Shown here: one piece after another, positions 20,694-30,786 of the stretch | How the letters are laid out: the number at the start of each line of letters is the position of its first letter | How positions within the stretch are numbered: the first letter of the stretch is position 1 | Source: an uncultured archaeon | GTDB lineage: Archaea > Iainarchaeota > Iainarchaeia > Iainarchaeales > Iainarchaeaceae | Reading direction: 5' to 3' | DNA length: 64,000 nt | NCBI GenBank assembly: GCA_902386385.1 | Contig: CABMIU010000013.1 | Location: 1,667-65,666, forward strand | The notes under the pieces: generated by a model | The model's database searches: none | Told to the model about the DNA's origin: nothing | What the model saw: the letters and a program-made list of their open reading frames with translations, nothing else | Program-made: the position numbers and the translations under genes

Positions 20694-20859
20694 TTTCACA
20701 CCGGTTGCCAGAATTAGCTTTTGGGTAAAGTGGTTAATAATGTTTCTGGGACCAATGCCGGGGTCTTGGAGGATAGAAGGGCATCCGCGCTGGCAGCGCA
20801 AGCAAATTACAACATCTGTCAAACCAGCCAAAGCATCTTTTACAAACCGGTTTCACGAC

Positions 20860-21759
20860 TCATTCAGGCCTCAACAAACTCTTTGCCATGGCTTTGCAAT
20901 AAGCCCCACAATATTTAAGCTGAAAAAACAAATATTCAGCACTATTTTTATCGATTGCCCGTTCGCAAAAATTGCAGATGATATTTTTCCCACCTGAATC
21001 CAGATCATTTTTCACCCTTAAAAATTCCTCTGACCTGAACAATGAGCCATAATCCTGCTCAAACAAATTGCCTATTTTGTGCCTCAATCTATAATCCATG
21101 AAGCAAAAATAAACATCTCCGTTCGGGAGTAAAATATTCTGGTGCAGATGATTCCTGTTCTGAGTGCAAAACAAATTTTTATGCGGGGATTCTTTTACTT
21201 TGCCCAAATTGCCAGCCCTGCTTATGGTGTTCATTTTGTAAACTACCTGGCCTTTTACAAGTGGTTCTAGCTCGTGACGCATTTCATCATGATATACGAA
21301 ACAAAGCCGGTTAATTTTGTATTCAATGGTTTTTTTGAGCAAAGAAATGTATTTTTCATCCACAGGTATATTTTCGAGGCCTTTTGCAGAAGGCAGATGA
21401 ATTTTGAACTGCGAAAATTTTATGCCATGTATTTTTTCCAAATCTTCTTCTGACACCCCGACAAGTGTTGTAAAAAGGTCGATTTTGTGCCCTTTTTGGT
21501 CTGCATAGACAATCATTTTGCTGCATTCCTTATTGAGGAATGGCTCACAAAAACCGGAAAAACAGATCCCGACATCTGCAGGCACCGTGCTTATAGCCCT
21601 AACAAAATTTTCAAAACTCAGTTCTTTTTCTTTTCCCTTGTAAGCCTTTATAATTATGCTCTGTGGGCAGTAACTGCAGTTGTTCTTGCATCCAATTTTA
21701 GTGGTTATTTCAAGGAAGGGATACACCCCAAAGTACTTTTTATGTGACTGCAAACCCAT
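20860..21759 (-). CDS. Radical SAM protein with SPASM/twitch domain
   Basis: CKNNCSYC; GFCEPFLN; SRAGN; LLPNGDVYFCFMD...CNFCE; AT-rich relative to flanks. Confidence 0.85.
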   Translation of the reverse strand: MGLQSHKKYFGVYPFLEITTKIGCKNNCSYCPQSIIIKAYKGKEKELSFENFVRAISTVPADVGICFSGFCEPFLNKECSKMIVYADQKGHKIDLFTTLVGVSEEDLEKIHGIKFSQFKIHLPSAKGLENIPVDEKYISLLKKTIEYKINRLCFVYHDEMRHELEPLVKGQVVYKMNTISRAGNLGKVKESPHKNLFCTQNRNHLHQNILLPNGDVYFCFMDYRLRHKIGNLFEQDYGSLFRSEEFLRVKNDLDSGGKNIICNFCERAIDKNSAEYLFFQLKYCGAYCKAMAKSLLRPE

Positions 21760-22203
21760 AACCCCGCCTTCAAATTAAGAGTATTATTAGAAGAGCGCAA
21801 TAATGTTTTAAACGTGACACAGCCAATTTGGGCGGCAGGTTTTATAAATATAGCAGACCAAGCGAATATTTTGGATAAACTTTCAGGTATGCTATCTGTC
21901 AAACCACTTTGAACTCCCAAAAAACTTTCGCGGTTTGGCATAATGGGCTTAATAAATGCATAAAGCAATGGGCCTTCTCTTTGGAGAATGAATCAACCCC
22001 GAGGATAGTAATACAACTACCACTGAAAAAATTAAGCGCGGAAGCAAAAATAGCATCGGCAAAAAGTCTTGGTGCATTACTTGCAAAACCGGCTTGAAAA
22101 AGCCGTTAAAATCAGCGGCCTAAACAATACGGCAAGGCCTGACACTTTACAACCGAGTTGTTTAGCTCGGATTATAAGTGTTTTGTGCCACAAAAAATGG
22201 ATT

Positions 22204-23127
22204 ATGGAAATGGAAGAAATACCATGTAACCTGTGCGAATCGCGAGATGCAAGGCCATTCCTCAAGGCAATGGACTTTCTTATAAAGACAGAAAAGGAAT
22301 ATTCCCTTGTAAAGTGCAGGAAGTGCGGCCTCGTTTACCTCAGCCCGAGGCCACGCAATCTGATGCTACTATACGGCGCGGATTCTTACGCGCATTATTC
22401 AATTGCACCGCCCAATGAAAAAACCGGCATTGTAAAAGTTATTGTTTCGACAGTGAGACCCGCGTGGAAACTTTTCATCCGAATGGTTTTCGGAGAAGAC
22501 ATTTGGGAACTTGAAAGGCTTGAGAAAGGAAAGTTGCTTGACATAGGGTGCTCTTCGGGCACATATATTTACGGGATGAAAAGCAATGGGTGGGAAGTAA
22601 CAGGGATAGAGCCGAGCAAGTTTGCAGCCGAGAAAGCCAGGTATCTTGGCCTCAATGTAATAAACAGTACATTCGAAAAGGCGGAGATTGCTGGGCAGGG
22701 AAAATTTGATGTTATAACAATGAAACAGGTTATAGAGCATGTGCCATACCCTTCAAAGGCTCTCGGAAAAGTGCACAGGATTCTTAGAAAGGGCGGCATC
22801 CTTGTGGTCGATACCCCTGATATAGGCTCATGGGAATACATGCTGTTTGGGAAGAACTGGGGCTCGCTTGAAGTGCCGAGGCATGTCACTCTTTTTGACA
22901 AAAGCACCCTGCGGAGAATGCTGGAAAAAAACGGGTTCGAGGTAGTGGAAATCCGCAGCGAGATTTATCCTGCGGGATTCATTGGGGGACTGAATTTCAT
23001 GACCGGCGAAAACCTCCGCTTGATTTTCAATTCCAGAGTTTTCTTCTGGGTTGTTGCCCTGCCTTATTCAATCGCGGCAAGACTTTTCGGCTCAGGAAAG
23101 ATTGCCGCAACCGCAATCAAAAAATGA
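22204..23127 (+). CDS. Class I SAM-dependent methyltransferase with Zn-ribbon
   Basis: CNLC...CRKCGL; LLDIGCSSG; QVIEHVP; PRH. Confidence 0.88.
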   Translation: MEMEEIPCNLCESRDARPFLKAMDFLIKTEKEYSLVKCRKCGLVYLSPRPRNLMLLYGADSYAHYSIAPPNEKTGIVKVIVSTVRPAWKLFIRMVFGEDIWELERLEKGKLLDIGCSSGTYIYGMKSNGWEVTGIEPSKFAAEKARYLGLNVINSTFEKAEIAGQGKFDVITMKQVIEHVPYPSKALGKVHRILRKGGILVVDTPDIGSWEYMLFGKNWGSLEVPRHVTLFDKSTLRRMLEKNGFEVVEIRSEIYPAGFIGGLNFMTGENLRLIFNSRVFFWVVALPYSIAARLFGSGKIAATAIKK

Positions 23128-23284
23128 GTGATTGGCTGAAGGCCATTAGTTCCGCAGCAAATAGGTTCGCAAGTCGTTGCTTTTGCATATTTGTGGCCAC
23201 CAGCAGAACCAAAAAAAATATTAAACAGGGAAAAGACCAGTATACTGCCATGACGGACAAATGCCGCCAAAAAAAGGTGCAGGA

Positions 23285-24433
23285 ATGAGGATTTGCATAT
23301 TGACACCGTACGCCGAGCCGGAGAAAGGCGCGTGCGTTATAAGGGTGGACAGCTTTGCTGAGCACTTCAAGGAAAAGGGCCACTTTGTGCAGGTTCTCGC
23401 GCCAAGGCGCGCTGCAGCCGGGAACGTCATGGGCATCAAAAGGTACAGTGGCTTGCTGGAAATGATGGAAATTATATACGGCGGAAAATTTGACGCAGTG
23501 CTCGGCACGAGTCCGCCGATGACGCACAATTTCTTCGCCCTTTTGGCTGCAAGGGCTTCAGGAGCGAAATTCATCATCGATGCAAAGGACCCTTTCACCT
23601 ACATGTATACGCACGGCGGGAAAACAATGGGGCCAAAAGCTTTCCTGTACTCGCTGCTGGAAAAAATCACCCTGGAAAACCCGGATTTTGTACTGACGCT
23701 CAACCCTTACAACATGAGGAAAATCCTTGAAAATTACATTGTCGCCGGCGAAAAGATAACGGTTGCAATGAATGGCACCGACACAAAAGCCGTGAAGAGG
23801 GATGCAAAGGCCGGGTTGGCAATCAGGAAAAGGCTTGGACTGGGGCAGGGCCAGAAGGTCCTGATTTATTCCGGCTGCCTCGGCGGAAAGGACCTGGGGG
23901 GTTTTGCGGAAGCGATTGGAAAAAGCGGGTTCGCGGAGAAGCATGACATTGCACTGATTTTCATGCTGACGTTTGACGGCACGGAGCACGCCGCGGCTGA
24001 ATTTGAAAGGTTCGGGGCGAAGCTCGTGGAAACCGGGCTAAAGGAAAGGTCGAGAATTGTAAGGAATGTGAGTTATGAGGAAGTCGGAAAGTATTTCTCC
24101 GCGGCTGATGTCGGCGTGAATTCGATGGAGGGTTATGACACTTACTGCTTCCCTGTCAAGGTAATGGATTACCTCGCAGCAGGCCTCCCTGTCGCATCGA
24201 AGAGTCCGGGTGGCAATGAGGACCTGAATTCCTTCATTGATTCGCACAAAGTAGGGTTCCACGCAAGCGACTGGGCGGGATTCGCTGAAAAGCTCCGGCA
24301 GTTGCTTGAAAACCCTTCGCTGATGAAGCGTTTTTCAGCGAATGCGACAAAGGCGGCGAATGAGCTTTCAAGGGAAAAAACGAGTGAAAAAGTCCTCAGG
24401 ATTATTTTGGAAATTTGCGGCAATAAAAATTGA
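23285..24433 (+). CDS. GT4 family glycosyltransferase
   Basis: TSPP, NGTD, PVKVMDYLAAGLPV. Confidence 0.85.
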   Translation: MRICILTPYAEPEKGACVIRVDSFAEHFKEKGHFVQVLAPRRAAAGNVMGIKRYSGLLEMMEIIYGGKFDAVLGTSPPMTHNFFALLAARASGAKFIIDAKDPFTYMYTHGGKTMGPKAFLYSLLEKITLENPDFVLTLNPYNMRKILENYIVAGEKITVAMNGTDTKAVKRDAKAGLAIRKRLGLGQGQKVLIYSGCLGGKDLGGFAEAIGKSGFAEKHDIALIFMLTFDGTEHAAAEFERFGAKLVETGLKERSRIVRNVSYEEVGKYFSAADVGVNSMEGYDTYCFPVKVMDYLAAGLPVASKSPGGNEDLNSFIDSHKVGFHASDWAGFAEKLRQLLENPSLMKRFSANATKAANELSREKTSEKVLRIILEICGNKN

Positions 24434-24514
24434 TTTTTATTTTTGAGATTAGCCTAATAATTGCCAGAGCCAAGCAGGATATTTTGCCATAACCGTGTTT
24501 TGCAAGGGGCATTC

Positions 24515-26440
24515 TTATTTTATCCGGAATATTTTCACGCCGCTGTCAGACGGGTCGTCATAAATCTTCTCATAAAATTCCGGCTCCTTTTCATAATAAA
24601 TGTCTTCGAGGTACCCCAGGTATGTTGAATAAGGAGTCTCTGCAGCGTCCGCGGCATCAATAAAAATATCCCCGGTTTTCTCCTTTCCTCCTATGTCATT
24701 CCGAAGCACCACGATATGAGTCACCCCGTGGCCCTTGTACCATGCCCTCGCAGAAGTTGAATCAGGAAAGCCTGACCGCGGGATTACGCTAACGTTCGCA
24801 TCCGGGGAATATGCCCTTGCCTGCGCCCTTTTCCACGCAAGGCCCATTGACGAATCGGAAAAATGCGCCATGATATTATACCAATCAGGGGCCGCTATCT
24901 TGCCTTTTATGTTTGCCGCTGCCCAATCGGTCCATGGCGGAAGCGACTTGCCTGTTTCCCTGAGGTAATGGTTGTCCGCGTATGCAAAGCCGAATGAAAT
25001 CGAGACGCACAATGCCATCAGGGCAAAGGCTAAAAAAGAGCGGTGCCTTTTTTCAAGCCTGAAAGAGGCAAAAGCCATTCCCGAGAAGAGGAGCGCGAAT
25101 GGCGCGGAAAGGAATGCAAGGTAAGCACGATTTATTGCAAAGAAAAATATGACTGAAAAAATTGAAATTGCAGACAGTGACAGGAACATTCCTTTTTCCG
25201 AAAAAAGCCATTGCAGGGCTTTGCCAAAAAAACCATCGCCCGCCCAAGCCAGGGTTTTTTCCAAAGTAACTGAAGGTGTTTGGCCGGAAAGCCTTTCTGA
25301 TTCCGTTGACGAGCCTTGCCCTGCAATCAGCGGAATTGCGGCGGAAATGAATATTATGAAGGAAGGCACCAGCGGAACCATGTACCTTGTTCCGCCATTG
25401 GCGATTGAATACACAGCGGACAAGGTCAGCAGGACAATTGCAATGTTAAGGGAGAATGGCAGGAACCTCCTTTCAAGACCCCTTGCTGCAACGCCATAAA
25501 GGAAAAACAGGCTTGCCAGGGCAATGACCTGCATCTGGCGGAAAGAGTTTGAAATGCCCCTGAACAGCCCATCCATGATGTACCGACTGAAAAGGTCGCC
25601 TGCCGAATGAGTCGCGATGAATTCCGAAAATGAAACATTCGGGAAAGCATAGTCAAAGAACTGCCATTTTTCCGCAAAAATATTGTCAACCAAGGTGAAC
25701 GAAAAAGGCGAGCCGTATTCGGCATACCTCTGCAACATGAAAGGTGCACACACAATGAAAAAAACCGCGATTATTCCAACAAAGTATTTTGCAATATCCG
25801 CTTTCGGCATTTTATTGGATGAAATCAGGAAAAAAACAAGCACAAGCAGCAAGGTTGCAAAGCCGTTCTGCCTGACAAGGTAAGTCAGTGCAGCGAAAGC
25901 CGATGCAGCCAGGATATACCTCGAATCTTCAAGCGATTTCACCATGAAATAAAGCGAAAACAGGAGGAACAGCAGGAACAAAGGCTCTGCGGAAGGGGCG
26001 CCTGCCCACTTGACGAGCAGCGGGAATGACACAAACATGAAAAGGGCGATAACCCTCGCCTTCCCGCCGAGAACAGACCTCACAATCAGGAAAAACGGGG
26101 CTATCGACAATGCCGATACCAGGATTGTGGCAAGCTTCGCAACGAAAAGGTTGTGAAGAAGGTCGCCGGAGCCGAACAGCCAGAGAAAAGGAGCCAGGAA
26201 AAGCGGCCAGCCGAGGGGATGGAAATCAAGCGGGGAAAAATCCCCCCTCACGATTTCAAGCGCTTTCATGACATATTCGGCGCCATCATCCCTAACTGTA
26301 TCAAACGGCGCCAGCAGCAGCCTTGCAGACAAAGCGAGCAGAAAAAACGCGAAAACAGCGAGAAGCGGCTTCTCTTCAATCAGCTCTTCGAAAAAGCAGA
26401 AAAACCTTTCAGCAGCCAAATCGGCCTGTTCCATAAACAT
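24515..26440 (-). CDS. ArnT/PMT-like GT-C membrane glycosyltransferase (start uncertain)
   Basis: RDDGAEY acidic loop, HPLGWP, AEPLF, LTYLVRQNG, RYMVP; many TMs. Confidence 0.75.
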   Translation of the reverse strand: MFMEQADLAAERFFCFFEELIEEKPLLAVFAFFLLALSARLLLAPFDTVRDDGAEYVMKALEIVRGDFSPLDFHPLGWPLFLAPFLWLFGSGDLLHNLFVAKLATILVSALSIAPFFLIVRSVLGGKARVIALFMFVSFPLLVKWAGAPSAEPLFLLFLLFSLYFMVKSLEDSRYILAASAFAALTYLVRQNGFATLLLVLVFFLISSNKMPKADIAKYFVGIIAVFFIVCAPFMLQRYAEYGSPFSFTLVDNIFAEKWQFFDYAFPNVSFSEFIATHSAGDLFSRYIMDGLFRGISNSFRQMQVIALASLFFLYGVAARGLERRFLPFSLNIAIVLLTLSAVYSIANGGTRYMVPLVPSFIIFISAAIPLIAGQGSSTESERLSGQTPSVTLEKTLAWAGDGFFGKALQWLFSEKGMFLSLSAISIFSVIFFFAINRAYLAFLSAPFALLFSGMAFASFRLEKRHRSFLAFALMALCVSISFGFAYADNHYLRETGKSLPPWTDWAAANIKGKIAAPDWYNIMAHFSDSSMGLAWKRAQARAYSPDANVSVIPRSGFPDSTSARAWYKGHGVTHIVVLRNDIGGKEKTGDIFIDAADAAETPYSTYLGYLEDIYYEKEPEFYEKIYDDPSDSGVKIFRIK

Positions 26441-26655
26441 TCGGGCAGAGCCAAATCCATGGCCGGCTGGCGCGGCAGGATTAATCCCTTTTCCCTGCAG
26501 GCGACGTGCCTTAGGCGGCCACATGCCTTGATATTCCCTGCAAGAATTTAAATCAATTCTGGTGGCCACGCGGAATGGCAATCGGCTGCATGAGGAAGCC
26601 GATGAATTTTAAGCAACCGGCGAACAATGGCAGGAAGCCTGAAACCCAACACATC

Positions 26656-26663
26656 TTTTTAAA
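26656..26663 (+). promoter_or_regulatory. Putative archaeal TATA box
   Basis: TTTTTAAA about 25 nt upstream of ATG 26688 (leaderless geometry). Confidence 0.45.
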
Positions 26664-26687
26664 TTAATAAACAGAAAAGTTGGTTAC

Positions 26688-27983
26688 ATGAAAGTGAGCA
26701 TTCTTGACGTGCCGTCAGATGGCGACAAATTGGCCTACAAGGACTGGGCCGGCGGGTTCGGCACGAAATTCATCGTGGGCGATTCGCTCCAGGCAAAATT
26801 CCTGGAATTCTGCAAAAAAAACGGGGCGGTCCTGCCGCAGCCGGTGCTTGGCTATGCCGTCGCGATATTCAGGAAAAAAGGGCACACTGTCAGCGTTGAC
26901 TCTGAAATCTGCAGCGATGCAGACCTGATACTGATGCCGGTATCGACCGTGTGCCACAGGGAGGAAATGGAAGCCGCTGAAAAAATAAAGAAAGAAACTA
27001 AGGCAAAATTGGGCATGTTCGGCACCTTTGCAACGGCAAGGCCGGACATATTTTCAGGGAAGGCGGATTTTGTGGTCAAGGGAGAGCCTGAAGATATCTT
27101 CCTCAGGCTTTCGGACGGCGAGGAGTTCAAAGGGGTTGTTGAAAGCAGGCCTGTTGACCTTGATTCATTGCCTTTCCCGGACTGGGACTCATTCGATGTT
27201 AAAAAGTTCTCTTACTTCCCTTCCCTGAAAAACAGGCCGGTCCTTCCAATCCTCGGCTCAAGGGGCTGTGTTTACAAGTGCAATTACTGCCCCTATCTCG
27301 TGGGCTACAAGTGGCGTTTCAGGTCAGCGAAAAATATTGTTGATGAGATTGAATACCTTATTGAAAGGTATAAAGTAAAGGGGCTCATTTTCAGGGACCC
27401 GCTCTTCACCTCGAACCTGAAAACCGTGCACGAAATTGCGGATGAGATAAAGAAAAGGGGAATAAAAATCGACTGGGCCTGCGAAACACGGCTTGACCAC
27501 CTCAATGAGCAATTGATTGACATATTATACGGGTCCGGGCTGCGCTCAATAAACGTTGGAATCGAATCAGTGAACCATGAAATCCTGAAAAACTCAAAGA
27601 GGATTGCAATTCCCTTTGGTCACCAGGAAAAAATAATTAGGTATTGCGACAAAAAAGGGATACACATAACCGGGTTTTATGTCATAGGCCTGCCGGACGA
27701 CACAAGGGAGAACATACTGTCGACGATAGAATACGCGAAAAAGCTGAACACGCACGTCGCATCATTCACCATAATAACACCTTACCCCGGAACGGAGCAC
27801 TACGAGCTGACAAAGGAAAGGATTTACGACGCTGACTGGAACAATTACAATGGCTTCACTCCCGTGTGGAAACATGACAACCTCAGCGCGAAGGAACTGC
27901 TGGAACTGAAAGAGAGGGCTTTTTTGAGCTATTATTTCAGGCCGGAATACACGCTGAGCTTTATCAGAAGGCTGCTGCAATGA
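26688..27983 (+). CDS. B12-binding-domain (class B-like) radical SAM protein
   Basis: KGEPE, LPFPDW, SRGCVYKCNYC, GIES, PYPGT. Confidence 0.88.
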   Translation: MKVSILDVPSDGDKLAYKDWAGGFGTKFIVGDSLQAKFLEFCKKNGAVLPQPVLGYAVAIFRKKGHTVSVDSEICSDADLILMPVSTVCHREEMEAAEKIKKETKAKLGMFGTFATARPDIFSGKADFVVKGEPEDIFLRLSDGEEFKGVVESRPVDLDSLPFPDWDSFDVKKFSYFPSLKNRPVLPILGSRGCVYKCNYCPYLVGYKWRFRSAKNIVDEIEYLIERYKVKGLIFRDPLFTSNLKTVHEIADEIKKRGIKIDWACETRLDHLNEQLIDILYGSGLRSINVGIESVNHEILKNSKRIAIPFGHQEKIIRYCDKKGIHITGFYVIGLPDDTRENILSTIEYAKKLNTHVASFTIITPYPGTEHYELTKERIYDADWNNYNGFTPVWKHDNLSAKELLELKERAFLSYYFRPEYTLSFIRRLLQ

Positions 27984-28852
27984 TTCTCGTTACAGGGGCG
28001 ACAGGGTTCATAGGAAGGAACCTTGTCCCGATGCTGCTCGCAAAAAAAGAAAAGATAAGGGTTGTTACCCGCAACATGGCCGGGCTTCAGATGATTCCCG
28101 GAATTGCAGAAACCCTCGAAGGCGACCTTCGGGACGAGAATTTTTCTGACATGGCAGTGAAGGGATGCAGCGCGGTTATACACCTGGCGGCAGCGATAAA
28201 ATCCAAGAGCCCGGAAGAGGGCTTTGAAGCCAACGTGAAAATAACCGGAAACCTCGTGAATTCAGCGAAAAAATATGGGACAAAAAAAATCGTTTTCCTG
28301 AGCAGCGACGCGGTAATGCAGAAACACAGGGATACATACGGGATAACAAAGGAAGCCGCGGAGGGAATCGTAAGGAAATTCAGGAACCACGTCATCTTAA
28401 GGGCGACGATAGTATACGGCAAAGGGGACAGCAAAAATCTCAGGGCCATTTCAGGGCACATCAAAAAATGGCCGATTGTTGTAATGCCATGCAGCGGGAA
28501 AGGCAAGATACAGCCAATCTCCGTGGAAGACCTGTCGGCGTACATTATTGCTTCTCTGGGGCCGGGGGTTTCCGGCACCTACATTGCGGCGGGAGGCGAC
28601 AAGATGACAATCCGCGAAGTGGTTGAAAAACTGATGACTGCAATGGGGCAGAAAAAGCCGGTAGTTTTCCTGCCATCCGCGGTTTTTGCAGCGGCAGGCA
28701 GGGTAATTTCGGTTTTTTTGCCAGGTGCGATATCCAGCGCGCAGATATTTAACCTCGAAGAAGACAGGACATATAACACAGGGGAAACAGTGAAAAAATT
28801 GAAGCACATGCCTGAAAAGTTTGACAAGCGCATTTACTCAATCATTGAATAG
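27980..28852 (+). CDS. NAD-dependent epimerase/SDR oxidoreductase
   Basis: TGATGFIG, IHLAA, YGITK, QPISVED; ATGA-coupled to the radical SAM gene. Confidence 0.85.
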   Translation: MILVTGATGFIGRNLVPMLLAKKEKIRVVTRNMAGLQMIPGIAETLEGDLRDENFSDMAVKGCSAVIHLAAAIKSKSPEEGFEANVKITGNLVNSAKKYGTKKIVFLSSDAVMQKHRDTYGITKEAAEGIVRKFRNHVILRATIVYGKGDSKNLRAISGHIKKWPIVVMPCSGKGKIQPISVEDLSAYIIASLGPGVSGTYIAAGGDKMTIREVVEKLMTAMGQKKPVVFLPSAVFAAAGRVISVFLPGAISSAQIFNLEEDRTYNTGETVKKLKHMPEKFDKRIYSIIE

Positions 28853-28969
28853 CCAGCATGAAAGTCAATTTGCCCAGTCGTTGAATTGCCATCAGCCTGC
28901 AATGGCAGCCCAATAAGCGACAGGCAAAGCCAAGCCTCACATATAAAAGGGTTATTACAATAAGTTGGA

Positions 28970-29710
28970 ATGATGAAACCGCCGGAAAAAATTTCAGTCA
29001 TAATGCCTGTGCATAATGAGAAAGGCAAGGTAGCTGAATCCGTTGGCCGGGTTTCCGCGTTCATGGAAAAATTCAGCCCTGATTTTGAAATAATAATCGT
29101 GGATGACGGAAGCGGACCAGAAACAAGGGGAGTGCTTGAAAAGCTTGCCAAAAAAAACAGCAGGCTGAAGGTACTTTATAACGAAAAAAACTTTGGCAAG
29201 GGCTACAGCGTCAAAAGGGGGGCCCTTGCTTCAAACGGGAAGTATGTCCTTTTTACCGATGCAGACCTGTCCGCGCCAATAAGCCAGGTGAAAAAACTGA
29301 TGCAATATTCCGATGGCGGATTTGATGTTGTCATCGGCTCGAGACTGATGCCTGATTCAAAAATAACAGTAAGCCAGTCATTTCACAGGGGGATTTTTGG
29401 TTACCTGTTCAGGATACTAACTAATTTGCTCATCATAAACGGGCTGAGCGACACGCAGTGCGGGTTCAAGCTTTTCAAAAATGGCACGGTGAAAAAGATT
29501 TTCGCGAAGCAGACCCTGGATGGATTCGCATTTGACGTGGAATTGCTCCTCATAGCGAAATCCAACGGCATGAAAATAAAGGAAGTAGGGGTTGAATGGG
29601 GGGATTACAGGAAAAGCCAACTGAACATATTCAACGCGCCAATCAGCATGTTTGCTGACCTGATAAGGATAAAGCGCAACTCGATTCGCGGGATATACCG
29701 GATTGATTAG
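28970..29710 (+). CDS. Dolichyl-phosphate glucosyltransferase-like GT2 (ALG5 type)
   Basis: NFGKGYSVKRG, FTDADLS, DTQCGFKLF, GFAFDVE. Confidence 0.88.
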   Translation: MMKPPEKISVIMPVHNEKGKVAESVGRVSAFMEKFSPDFEIIIVDDGSGPETRGVLEKLAKKNSRLKVLYNEKNFGKGYSVKRGALASNGKYVLFTDADLSAPISQVKKLMQYSDGGFDVVIGSRLMPDSKITVSQSFHRGIFGYLFRILTNLLIINGLSDTQCGFKLFKNGTVKKIFAKQTLDGFAFDVELLLIAKSNGMKIKEVGVEWGDYRKSQLNIFNAPISMFADLIRIKRNSIRGIYRID

Positions 29711-29756
29711 GTCAAAATAAATAATCCGGCCAAGGGCATTGATTCCATGGGAAGCC

Positions 29757-30707
29757 TTATCCATGCGCCTTGCGGCTTTTGAACCATTCCACGAAAAGCG
29801 GGATTCCTTCCTCAAGGCTTATTTTTGGGCGGTAACCGAGGATTTTCCTTGCCTTTGATATGTCCGCAAGGGTTTCATCCAGGTCTTCCTTCTTACCGGC
29901 AAGGAACTTTATTTTCGCCTTCCTGCCTGTGCTTTTCTCGATGAGTGAAATGAGTTCCCTTACAGAGCGGGCCTCGGAGTTGCCGAGGTTGAATACATTG
30001 AATTTTTCCCCCGAAGAAAGCGCGAGAAAAATGCCTTCGCAGATGTCCGATACATGGGTGAAATCCCTTTTCGCCTTTCCATCGCCATAAACCTCAACTG
30101 CCCGGCCGCCAAGGATGCTGTCAGTGAACCGGTAAACCGCCATGTCCGGCCTTCCGCCCGGGCCATAGGCAGTGAAGAACCTCGTGATTATTATCGGCAG
30201 GCCGTGAACTTGGTGATATGAATACACGAGGCTTTCCATGCCTATTTTGGAGGCGGCGTAGATGCTCCGCGGGCTGGAGGTGCACTGCTTCTCGCTGAAT
30301 GGGACAGGGTTGCCGCTGTATGCGCTCGATGTAGAGGCAACAAGGACTTTTTCTGCATTGATGCGCCTGGCGAATTCAAGCACATTCAGCGTGCCGATTA
30401 TGTTTGTGCGGAGGTAGCCTTCAGGGTCCTGCGTTGATGCCCTCACGCCTGTGCGCGCAGCGAGGTGGGCTATGTGCGTGATTCCCCTGCCATCGAACCT
30501 GCCAAAAATACGCGAATCATTTATGTCACCCTCGATGAATTCGACAAGGCTGCTGCCCTTCAGGGCTTCGAGGTTCCGCTTTTTTATTTCTATGGGATAA
30601 CTAGGGAAAAAATTGTCAACTCCGACAACGGGAATGCCTTTCGAGGAAAGGTGCTTCGCGAAGTTGGAGCCTATGAGCCCAGCCATCCCAGTCACAAGGA
30701 CTTTCAT
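29757..30707 (-). CDS. UDP-glucuronate 4-epimerase-like SDR
   Basis: HLAARTGVRAS, YAASK, RFFTAYGPGGRPDMA, RDFTHV. Confidence 0.85.
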   Translation of the reverse strand: MKVLVTGMAGLIGSNFAKHLSSKGIPVVGVDNFFPSYPIEIKKRNLEALKGSSLVEFIEGDINDSRIFGRFDGRGITHIAHLAARTGVRASTQDPEGYLRTNIIGTLNVLEFARRINAEKVLVASTSSAYSGNPVPFSEKQCTSSPRSIYAASKIGMESLVYSYHQVHGLPIIITRFFTAYGPGGRPDMAVYRFTDSILGGRAVEVYGDGKAKRDFTHVSDICEGIFLALSSGEKFNVFNLGNSEARSVRELISLIEKSTGRKAKIKFLAGKKEDLDETLADISKARKILGYRPKISLEEGIPLFVEWFKSRKAHG

Positions 30708-30786
30708 GGATAATACTGCGACAAACCACAATTTAAATTTCGTGGTTCAGGAAACATTGCGAATTTACCGAATAACCGGCGAACAT

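Noticed and set aside
25210-25327. 10-bp inverted repeat (ATTGCAGGGC/GCCCTGCAAT) bracketing a hydrophilic loop in the GT-C gene, MITE-like
   Set aside because: Several such 10-bp IRs are expected by chance in 64 kb; no target-site duplication or second copy seen
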